Assembly: GCA_030704615.1 (NCBI GenBank)
Contig: CM060734.1
Span: 23,064,001 to 23,128,000, forward strand
Reading direction: 5' to 3'
DNA from: Takakia lepidozioides
Taxonomy: Eukaryota; Plantae; Bryophyta
Length of the DNA stretch: 64,000 bases
This document shows positions 50,511 to 61,789 of this stretch, piece after piece. The position numbers were made by a program, and so were the translations under genes. Under the pieces are notes generated by a model, which saw only the letters and a program-made list of their open reading frames with translations, did not search any database and was not told the DNA's origin. The first letter of the stretch is position 1, and every line of letters begins with the position of its first letter.

Positions 50511-51130
50511 GTTTTTTTTTTTCTTAGAAATCCAGGGACCCGCCGTGTGGCGTTTTGTTTTTTATTTTTAATCATGAAGCGGCGCTTCGGCCAGCCACGT
50601 GGCGAGGTGCCACGGGTCAGGAAAAACGAAACAAATGGGATGGGGGGAGGTGGTTTTGAACCCTTGACCTCTCCTATGTGGGTGCGCGTGACGAGGTGTG
50701 ACTGGCCAGTCGTGCCGCGCTGACACGTGGCGAGGCGTCACTAGCCTGCCGCGCATTTTCAAGCATAATGCCATTTTTTTTGGGGGGGGTGCTGGTGGGC
50801 GCCTATATAAACCATTCCCCCCTCATTTTCTGATCACTTTTGCCCCTCTTGTGGTGTGGTTCCTTGACATCCTGTAGTCCTTTCGGACTTCGTTGCTTGG
50901 CATTGCCAACGGGAGGTGCAAAGGTGATTACTTGGGGGGGGAGGTTTTGTCGGTTTTCTATTGGTCAATCCCACACACTTGTTCACGGTACAATCATCGT
51001 ATCACCATTTTGCCGTTTCCGGATCTCCGGCGGCCTGTTTTTTTGCAGAAAACTACGAAGACACCATCCACACGCGTTCATTGCCATTTTTCTAAGGTTT
51101 TGGACCCTGTAGTGGGCAAAGGTTTATACA

Positions 51131-52614
51131 ATGTCGGGGGTTGTGAATTCAAGTTATGGGGCGGGATCGTCTGGGAGGCGGAGGAAGAGAAAACGTGCCC
51201 ACGATCGGGATAGCCAGGTCAACAAGTCAGACTACCCGAGACCGGATGCCTTGGATAAGGTGAAAGAAGTGGTAGCGGATTATTTCAAGGGTAGGGACAT
51301 GATGAGGCTGGAGAGTGCTTATGTTAGGCATGGATGGGAGGGGTTTCAGATTTTCCAGCAAAATATGGAGAGGAAAATGACAAACGCTTTGGCAGGGGCT
51401 AAGTGGACGGCGGACAAGGACAAGCCGAAGTTCAATCGGTGGATCCAAAGCAGGGCGAAAGACGCCACGTGAAATTTGAGGCAGCTAATGAAGACATGGA
51501 AGGGTAGAACAACCGAGGGTCGAGTGCCCTCCGCCGAAGCCGAGTTACCTCCGCCGAAGCCGAGTTAATGTGGCGTGTTGAGTATTGGGCTTGCTCGGCA
51601 AGTCAGAATTCACATCGCTGGACTAGGGTTGTCCCTTGGAAGGCGGGGTCATCGGACGGGGGATGCACAATTGGTCTTTATTACCTGAACTCTAGTGCGA
51701 AGGTGGTAGAGATTGGCCCTTACAAAGAAGGAGGGTATGCTAAGGTCCGTCACTGTAGGATTGTTGGCGATTCTAGAATACCGGAACGTTGGGAGCTAGC
51801 GGGAAAAAAACCCGAGTCCAAAAATCCAGAAAATGCGTTGAGACAACATAACGACGAGTGTTTGGCAGTGAAGTTCCAGCATCCGGGTGTTATCTCGTAT
51901 TTTGCTGTGAATACACGTGAGGTCGAGGGTTACACTCGTTGGTGGAATGGGGGGACAATATGCGACATGATGAACCTTGACAGAAAATGGGGCAACGATT
52001 CGGACAACATGATGATTTTGGAACAAAGGGGAAAGGAAGCAGAGTTCCGGGAATACGATCGCTTGTTTCGTTTCCGGAAAGTGCGTAGTAAATTTGCATG
52101 GGCACTGGTGTGCATCATGGATGTTGTCCACAAGAACGGTGTCCTGCACAACGACTTGTCCCCTGACAACATCTTGTTGCATTTTCCAGATGGCACCGAG
52201 GAGATCAAGATTGGGGTGTGTGATTGGGGCTTAGCCACCCCATTGGGCATATGCAAAGCCTCGCCGTACCAGTTTGAAAACCAAGACAAGCTGGACCAGG
52301 AACTCGCGAAAATATGGTGGGTGAAAAAAGATATTGCATCAGTTTTCAATGCGAATGCCACGCCTTCCCCCCCCCAGGACATAACGTCGGAGGCCTTTGC
52401 CGTTGGGAAGATAGCGGTACGAATAAATGGCGGCGTTCATTATGATCAAAGTATGTTCCAGGACCAATTTACGGGAGGTTGTTGGCATTCAATGCTACAA
52501 AGGTTGTACGACAACAACAAGAATGAGAGAGTCACATTAGCCCATGTAGTACTTCGGTTCATGGGCAAGCCATTCAATTGGCCTGAGCCGAAAGACGTAT
52601 ATAGGGCGGAGTAG
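51131..52614 (+). pseudogene. Intronless Ser/Thr-like protein kinase (~487 aa reconstructed)
   Basis: EGGYAKV, LAGKK, HNDLSPDNILL and CDWG. In-frame TGA at 51470 and a 20-bp tandem duplication (51528-51567) split the ORF. TATA-like CCTATATAAA at ~50802. Confidence 0.85.
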
Positions 52615-52699
52615 ACCATAGTCTCGTAGATATGACATTTCTGACGGTACAATGGTTCTTTTATGAAGACATAACTCAATTTTGATCATGCATGTAATA

Positions 52700-53226
52700 A
52701 ATAAAGTCCCATTGTAAATACTACATTGCATATGCTCGACCCTGACACCTGTCATCGCAACATAAATGGTTTGTGTACTGGCTCACTGTTTATATTTGTA
52801 ATGTTCCAAGGTTTCGGATAGGGTTATGAGAAAACGATGTATTAGTTTCGTAGGAGTTAGACAACAAACGTCTTCTCTTATTCAACTGTGCGACACTACC
52901 ATGAGAGGCATGGATCGGAAAGTAATAGGTGCACATGCGACCTCCGAACGTTTGATACTAGGTCTCTACTTAAACGTGCGGAGGTCGCATGTACACCTAT
53001 TAATTTTTTATCCATGCCACTCATGGTAGTATCGCACAGTTGAATGAGATATGGAACGTTTGTTGTCCAACTCCTATGGATCCAATATATCATTTTCTCA
53101 GTACCCTATCAGAAACATTGAAACATTCGCAGTTACAAACAGTGCCACAATACACGGTCGGTTTTGTTGAAATGACATTTGTGATGTTCGAGCGTATGCA
53201 ATTTATTATTTACAACGGAATTTTAT
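52700..53226. repeat. Long imperfect inverted repeat (~255-bp arms, 18-nt loop 52954-52971)
   Basis: For example ATTCAACTGTGCGACACTACCATGAG pairs with CTCATGGTAGTATCGCACAGTTGAAT. Confidence 0.9.
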
Positions 53227-53494
53227 CTACTCGGGGGACCGGTACTGATGTTGGAGCGCAACTGATGGTGCGAGTTCTCTATTGATTGGAGCTGTCACAA
53301 CCAACTCTATGAAGAGTGCATAAAGTAGAACACAAATCAAGTTTGGAGTTCAAAACAGGGAAGAACTGTGGTTTTGGGTCCAAATGAATTTTGATCGCTC
53401 CCAAATTTGTCACGCACGTTGCATATGGCTACATTACACGCCCCATTCAAAAACAGAATGAAAAAAAAAAATCGTGAGCACGCGAAACACAGTC

Positions 53495-53860
53495 CAACAA
53501 AATATATTCAACGGGTGAACGGATGGTTGCCCATCCAAATCATTTTTGTTAGCTTCCAAACTTTGCCAGCACGTTCCAGACACCCTCTCACAGGTCTTGG
53601 ACTAATATCAGATCAATCGAAATTCATTCGATGGCTCAACGGATGGTTGGCCATCGAAATGATTTTGGTTCGCTTGGAGACTTGGCCACTATGTTCAATG
53701 TGCCATGTAAGAGGCCATATGAGATCAATCGAAATTCGTTCAATGGGCCAACGGATGGTTGCCCATCCAAATGATTTTCGTTCGCTTTCAAACTTGGCCA
53801 GTGTGTTCAATGTACCCTCTGATACGTCCTAGTGTAATATGAGATCAATCGAAATTATTT
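53495..53860. repeat. ~115-bp tandem repeat (3+ copies)
   Basis: Recurring GATCAATCGAAATT...AACGGATGGTTG(C/G)CCATC. Confidence 0.8.
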
Positions 53861-54303
53861 TGTGCTTTGAGAACTTTGTTGGTATGTTTGTAGAAAGATC
53901 ATAGATTTTGCGAAATGATTATGAAATACGCAGGGACCAGGCGAAATTTGTTTGGAAGATGACCGTTCGTAACTCGTTATAACTTACTTGTTAACATCAA
54001 TTTTCCTTGTTCTCCAGCTTTCAGAGTTCATTGCAAATACCCATATACACGTCACGACCAAATATAACACCATTGTAAATTTGTTTACAGGGTGAACTAC
54101 TTCTTCCCCATCACACGAGTGTAAATGTGAAGAAAACGCTGCTCATGCAATTGAAATTGGCAGGTGCCGCACAATGCATTATGTATTAACAAAATTGGTG
54201 ATATAAAAACTTGGCGGAATGCCATCACTGTGTTTTCCAACAATATTCAAGGTACAACAAAAATGCATATTGTATATGTACTATGATGCCAGTCATTCAA
54301 AGC

Positions 54304-56510
54304 CTAGTCGTCACTGTCCGAGGACGTGGAATTTGATGTTGTGGCCTGATTTGCACTGCCAATTGCCAAAGCTTGCGACCGTGATCTCGTGGTCAATGAG
54401 AGGCCCAACGGCATGTGATCAATTCTAGCCTGCATCCGCCTACTTTGCGGTGAAAGTTGACTTTCTTCTTCACTCTCACGACGTGGCGGAGGTGGATCGA
54501 GAACAAGTGCTCGGACTGCATGCAAATCGGCAACGAGGCCGTCCACATCCGGCAATACAGCCCCCGAAACATGATGATAACAGTCTGTCCATAATCGCCT
54601 CCATTTCTCTACAACTGCCTTAATGGTACTTTTGAAACTTTCCAACTGCTTCTTGCGGGCCCTGTCCCTAATCATTGTGTCGTTTCGACGATAAGCCGCC
54701 TCGTACGCATCATTCATTCGGCGTTGACATATTATAGCATCTTCCAGTTCGGACAGCAACAAATGTCTCCCAATCGGTTGTCGGTCATACAATTCGTTCT
54801 CCTCCGGCACCCATGGAACCTGTGGGAGCCGGATAAACCTGGACCTTCTTTGACTCCAATGCCCTACTAGATTGCGGCAAAACTGCTCTCTCTCCCACCA
54901 ATCTCGAATACCTCCCGCACGTATGGTTATCTCCCAATCAGATGTGCCCCAGAAATACTGGGGATCTTTGATGTATGCCGGGTTTCCGGCATGTATGCCA
55001 TGCATCTCTCTGTCTGCATCCCATACCAAGTTCTTGCCCCAATGCACACAATTTAGAAATGTGTATGGTAGCCCATCCAATGGGATGTTGTGTTGATTGT
55101 ATTCAAAACCTATGGGCATCCGATCCTCCAAACCCACCAGCTCATAAAAACGACGATGGATTGGTGTACGACATTCTGGGCAAGCGCTCGTCCGCAAGGC
55201 TTGCGGGATAAGACATGTGAGATGGAACATATGTCCACATGATCCAAGCACATAACATCCCTCTGGGCCGTATGGATTCCTACACATCGAACAAACTATG
55301 TCATCTGATATCCATGACGACAAAACGCCTCGTGGTATCTCCTCCCTCTGGGCCGGTTTGATATGACTGGTCATCCTTCTTGTGGTGTCCCACTCTTCCT
55401 CTATCTCCAATTCCCAGTTTATGCTTCTGTTCGACCCCGAAATTCTGTGCTCACATCGATCGAACATAGAATCCACATTTATCCAATTGGTATACCCGGC
55501 GAACACGCTTGATGCGATGCGGAGATCGTTATACCTTTGCATGTTGGCATAAATGCTATCCACGTTACGGTTCGACATGCGTGCGACACGCTGCAAGCCT
55601 GACAGTGCCCGCTCTACCCGTGCTTCTTTGGAGGCCAAATGGGTCGCGCATTGTACCCAATTCTCCCAATCACCATTCAATGGGACCTATGCCTGAATCT
55701 CCAGCGTTTTGGACAAGCGCCATGCAGTTGCCATGGCAATGTCCCGCTCCTTTGTAACGCGGTCGACATCTAATATCGGGTTCATCTCCGATTGAATGGT
55801 GACCCTCGAGCATTCCCTGGTTTCCAGTACTGGTTTTTTTCCTTTCCTCCTTCTCTCATCCGTAATTCGCTGTTCCTCAACCATGGTTTCATCGGCCACA
55901 GAGTCAAAGACGTCCGTAACTTCCTGAATGATGAGGTCAATACTGCGATCGGGCATCGCAAACTCCGAGTCCATGTCCACGACGTTTGTTCGATCCTCAT
56001 TGTGGACAACAGTGCCTTCATTGTTCGGAGGCATGTCTTGCAATGTAGCTTCCAACTCGGATATGCGTAGTGTTTGCCAGTCTAGTCGGTCTTGTAGGGT
56101 CCTGATTCGCTGGTCTCTTTCCGCTAGTTGTTCCTCTAACGTTGCAGCCGGTTGTATTCCGAACGTGTCCGGGATGTACTCCAAATCGTATAGCAACCTT
56201 GCGTTCCTCCTACTAACAGTTTGTCAATTCACTGGACGCAAGAGTATGACCTCCACGTACAACATGGCTGCCAAGGTGTATGGGATCTGACCCTTTAAGA
56301 GAGGTTGACCCCACCATGTGCAATGCACCTCATTCGCCCTATGCTGAAAATGCAAGTTCGTGCAAGACCTGGACTCTGCGTAATTGTTTCGGGTTTGCAC
56401 GTCATGCCTATCCAAAGGCCACAATCGATCCCTTTGATTTTCTTAGGGGGCGGTCCATGGTCATTGGGGTCATCTCTTCCATGACGGTCATCGTCCTGGC
56501 CCTCTGCCAT
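54304..56510 (-). pseudogene. Intronless coiled-coil + RING-H2 protein (putative E3 ligase, ~730 aa reconstructed)
   Basis: CSMC...CGHMFHLTC...CPEC (C3H2C3) and the coiled coil LEEQLAERDQRIRTLQ. ORFs join through a frameshift at ~56300 and in-frame stops at 56224 and 55687. Confidence 0.8.
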
Positions 56511-57629
56511 TCTACAACAATCGGAGCAACACTAAACGAGGTTTTCTAAAAAGACGTAACTCTAAACCCTTTTCCCGTTAAGTAGGTTTGAGTAAGTATC
56601 AAAATACTTCCTAAAAGCTAATTTTGTTAAATAAAATGATTTTGGAAGCCAGAGGAGGGCCTATGGGAGCATTCTGCAACGACCTCACAGAAATCGCGAC
56701 AAAAACTACCCCTACCCAACCAATGGCCTCCTTCTCCACGTGACTACGTGTGTCACGGCCCTTTGCCTTGAGGGCAGGGGGTCGGGACACATGAGGGGCT
56801 GCCCCTGTGGTGGGGGCAGCGGCAGCGGCAGCGATAGGTTATGGGGGGCTGAAGCACCCCTTGAGTGCCCAAGGCACCAATGAGGCGGAGGCGCTCACTA
56901 GGTGGAGCCCCGCACACCGGTTGCGGTAGGGGGCTCCACAAGGTGGTGGTAGCTTAGCGGACTTAGTGGGGTGGCATAGGACTCACCATGGGGGCGGAGA
57001 CCTCGTGGTGGGAGTCGGGGGGAGTCGATGGTACTCAATCGCAGTCCAGAGGTGCCGTGGTGAGTGGGCCAAGACTCACCGCGACTCATCACCGGGAGTC
57101 GAGAGTTTTTCGTGGTGGTTCGCCATAAAATGGCATGGCTGGTTGTGAAACCCCCGCGGACGCTACAGAAGTATATATAAGGGGGAGTAGTGACGCCCGA
57201 GAACAGTGCACCCGTTGGTGACCAAAACTAGTGAGTAAGCGAGCGAGCCGGAAAGCGACCAAATAGTGGGGAGCTGTTCCGGACTGCCATCTACAACGGA
57301 ATTCTCCTAGGCCCCAAATAGGGAGGGTTTAGTGGGAAGCGAAGGGAGGACCGTTATTCCCGGTGAGCAGCCGAAGCTCCAAGTTGGCCCGGGCGGCCCA
57401 GGTTGGGAGTCAGGCGCGCTCATTGGGCAGTAACTATGACTTGAAGGGGGAGCTTTACCGAAGTGAGTGCGCGGACAACGTGTCGTTGAATAATTAAATG
57501 TCACGCACACATAAGTTGTGTGGAGAGGAAGAGAGGGAGAATAAGCCTCTCTTGGTTATTTCATTTCGGCCGCCCCCCCTAGAAGCACCCATTTCCGGCG
57601 ACACAAACTAGCCAGGGCTAATCTTCTAA

Positions 57630-59300
57630 AAAGCGACCACCATTGGCGGTCGCTTCATTTTCAAAATAAAAAAATATAAGCGCACAACATAAAATTGCGG
57701 TCGGTACTTTTTAAAAAAATTAAAAAAAATAATCGAACATAGGCCGCTTCATTTTCAAAAACTTTAAAAGGCGGTCGCTTCCTTTTAAAAAAACCTTAAA
57801 CATAAATAAAAAAATAAGCGACCGCCAACAAACGGCGGTCCCGCTTCAAAACTTTAAAACTCGAAACACATTTAAAATAATAAAAATAAGCTACCGCCAA
57901 CATAGGCGGTCGCTTCATTTTCAAAACATTAAAAAAAACAATATCGCTTCCAAAAATCTAAGGCGTCGCTTCATATAATTTTTTTTTTAAATTTTTTTAA
58001 AAAAAAAAAAATTAGCCGACCGCCAACAAATAGCGCGCTCGCGTTCACTTTCAAAAACTTTAAAAAAAAATTACGAACCGCAATATAGGCGGTCGCTTCA
58101 ATTTAAAAAAACTTAAAAAAAATAGACCGCCAACATAGGCCAGCTAGGCGCCGTCGCTTCCTTAAAATTCCAAACATTTAAAATAAAATAAGCGACCGCC
58201 AACATACGCGGTCGCTTCATTTTCAAAACTTTAAAATAAATAAACGACCCGCGATTTTCAAAACATTTAAATAAGCGTTTCCTTATACAAAAAAAGTTCG
58301 TCATTTTTCAAAATAATAAAAAGACCGCCAACCATAAGCTACCGCCCGCATAGGCGGTCGCTTCCTGTTCAACACAGTTAAAGATCTAGCTCGGACGACT
58401 GCCAACACGGGCGGTCGCTTTTTTAAAACATTTAAAATAAATAAGCGGCCGCCAACAACATGCGGTCGCTTCATTTTCAAAACTTTAAAATAATAAACAA
58501 CCGCCAACATAGGCGGTCGCTTCATTTAAAAAAAAATAAAAAATAAGCGACCGCCAACATAGGCGTGTCGCTTCATTTTAAAAAAATTAAAAAAAAGCGA
58601 CCGCCAACATAGGCAGTCGCTTCATTTTAAAAAATTAAAAAAATAAGCGCCGCCACAACATGGCGTCGTCTTTTTTTCAAAACATTAAAAACAAAAGTGA
58701 CCGCCAACGTAGGCGGTCGCTTCATTAAAATTAAAATTAAAATAAATAAGAGAGACCGCCAGCATAGGCGGTCGCTTCATTTAGAAAATATTTAAAATAA
58801 ATAAGCGACCGCCAACATAGGCGGTCCGCTTCATTTTCAAAACATTTAAATAAGCGACCGCCAGCATAGGCGTTCGCTTCATTTTCAAAACATTTAAAAT
58901 AAATAGCGACCGCCAGCATAGACGGTCGCTTCATTTTCAAAAATCAAAAAAAACATTTAAAAATAAATAAGCGACCGCCAACATTGGCAGCTACGCTTCA
59001 TTTTCAAAAACTTTAAAAAAAAAAGCGACCGACAGACATAGAGCAAGCCAGGATGAGTCAGGACTTCAATTTTCAAAACTTAACAAAAAAAAACCGACCG
59101 CCCAACATAGGCTTCAGCTTCATTTTTAAAAAAATTTAAAAAGCAAATAAAGCTACCGCCGCATAGGAAAGGGCTGTCGACTGTCATTTCAATCAAACAT
59201 TTTAAATAAATAAGTGATCGCCACATAGGCGGTCCCGCTGTTTATTTCCCCAAAATAAATTAAATAAAATAATCGACCGTTAGTAATGGCGGTCGCCCCA
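57630..59300. repeat. Internal GCGACCGCC palindrome array, indel-rich
   Basis: Same unit as 40600-41300. Confidence 0.9.
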
Positions 59301-60680
59301 TTTTCCAAAAATAAAAATCTAAAAGCGTATAGTGCACAGTAATTGTCGGGGGTCGCTGCATTCTGTAAAAACAAAAACTGCCAGTAATGGAAGTGAGGGG
59401 AGAATGACTGGGGGCTTATAGCCCCCTGCCCCCACCTCCCCGCCTCCATTCCCTCGCAATCCATGGCAGGGCATTTAAAACAAAAAAAAAGCGACCGCCA
59501 CCAAAAAAAAACGACCGCAACAAATGGCGGTCGCTCCATTTCGCCAAAAAAAGAAAAAAAATCGACCGCCAGTAATGGCGGTCGCTCCATTTATAAAAAC
59601 AAAAAAAAACTTCAAGGGAAGTAAGGGAGAATGTCCCGGAGCTTATATGCCCCCCTCCCCCCCGCCTCACTCCTCGCTCCATGCGCAGGTCACACTTCGT
59701 AGCAGCGACCGTCACCTTGGCGGTCGCTCCATTTAAATAAAAATGAATGCACAGTTGGAAGCATGACACAATTGTTCTCCATTCCACAAGCAAATCACCG
59801 AACACAAACATGAGCAAGTGACGGTGCCTTTGGCCGACATTTTGGCTGGTATACACATGGGCAACATCTTTTATTTTCCAACACATACACAACAGCAATA
59901 CAAATAGTCTTAGTGACAATGATCACATTGGTATTACTTCAGTACAAAAATATAAACATGTCCACTAAAAAGTGCTGATGCATGCCTACAGCTGTTTTGC
60001 TTCAATTCCTTCTACTGCTTCGACGACGGGACAAAGAACATCCTAATCCTAATGCTCCGATGGGTTGAAAATCCGGGTCACCCTCGACTTCACCACCGTT
60101 GCCATGATCAGTGCTGGAATCGTCCTCCCTATCCGACCTCATATGTCCAGGTCTTTGAATCTGCAAGCGACCTCGAACCACATGTAGTTCTCTATGAGGT
60201 CGACTCCCGCTTCGGTCTTGAATACCATCCACGGTATCTGGCTTGTTTGTGGGCCGATCGCCTACAAAAGGTTGGATTGTTCTCTGTCGTGTATGGACTT
60301 GGGACGCAATCGAAGGTGGTATCGAAGGAGGTACCAGAGGGGGGACTGCCCGAGATGGACCGGCATTAGATGGTCCGACATGTGAAGAACCACGGGTTGG
60401 TTAAAGTGGAATTGTAGTGACAGGTTGTCATCATCCGAGGCTTCAACTTCCGCCTGGTCCAATGCATCAGAATGATGCATGCGTGTGGAAAACAGATCAA
60501 CCCTGTTGCTCCTTAATGCCTGCTGTGTTGATGGGGAGCTGGATCGGTTTTGGCATTGTGGTGGAGCTGGTCGTATCGGTGAGGTATGATCCCGTTTCGT
60601 TGACTATACAATGGGTTCGACACCATCGTTTGTATGAACAGGGTTGCGTACGTCGATCGGTCCTGGCAGTACATCACCCC
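59260..60680 (-). repeat. Tandem partial duplication of the hAT transposase 3' tail and downstream region (duplicate of ~60690-62480)
   Basis: Near-identical to 61500-62480 and 41990-42935. Confidence 0.85.
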
Positions 60681-61789
60681 TACATAATTAAAATAGAAAC
60701 GACCGCCAGTAATGGAGGTCGTCCATTTCCAAAAATAAAAAAATAAAAGCGACTGCTAGTAATGGCGGTCGCTGCATCTTAATAAATAACCATTACAGCG
60801 ACCGCCATAAATGGCGGTCGCTGCATTTTGTAAAAACAAAACCTGCCAGTAATGGAAGTGAGGGGAGAATGACTAGGGGCTTATATGCCCCCCCCCCCCC
60901 CCTCATTCCTCGCTCCACGCGCAAAGTTGACCTCGTAGAAGCAACCGCCACCATGGCGGTCGCTCCATTTAAAAACAAAAAAAAAACGACCGCCACAAAT
61001 GGCGGTTGCTCCATTTCGCCAAAAAAAAAAAAAAAAAACGACCGTCAGTAATGGTGGTCGGTGCATTTATAAAAACAAAAAAGAACTTCAAACGAAGTGA
61101 GGGGAGAATGTCCTGGAGCTTATATGCCCCCCTTCCCCCCGCCTCACTCCTCGCTCAATGCGCAGGGCACACTTCGTAGAAGCGACTGCCACCTAAGCGG
61201 TTGCTCCATTTTAATTTTCAAAACAATTAAAATATAAGCGACCGCCATAAATGGCGGTCGCTCCATTTCCAACCAAATTTCAATAAAACCGATTGCCACT
61301 AATGGCAGTCGCTGCAATTACAAAAAACAACAATAACGGCGACCGCCCCTAATGGCGGTCGCTCCATTTTGATCCAAAAAAACAAAAAAACGACCGCCAG
61401 TAACAGCGGTCGCTTCATTTCCATAATAATGACTGGGAGCTTATATGCCCCCCCCCCCCCCTCATTCCTCACTCCACGCGGAGGGCAAACCTCGTAGAAG
61501 CGACCGCCACCTTGGCGGTCGCTCCATTTAAATAAAAATGAATGCACAGTTGGAAGCATGGTACAATTGTTCTCCATTCCACAAGCAAATCACCGAACAC
61601 AAACATGAGCAAATGACGGTGCCTTGGCCGACATTTTGGCTAGTATACACATGGGCAACATCTTTTATTTTCCAACACAACAACAATACAAATACTCATA
61701 GTGACAATGATCACATTGGTATTACTTCAGTACAGAAATATAAACATGTCCACTAAAAAGTGCTGATGCATGTCTTCAGCTGTTTTGCT

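Noticed and set aside
56700-57620. GC-rich segment upstream of the RING gene with a TATATATA box
   Set aside because: No credible ORF or termini. It may be a promoter/5' region, but this cannot be supported from the sequence.
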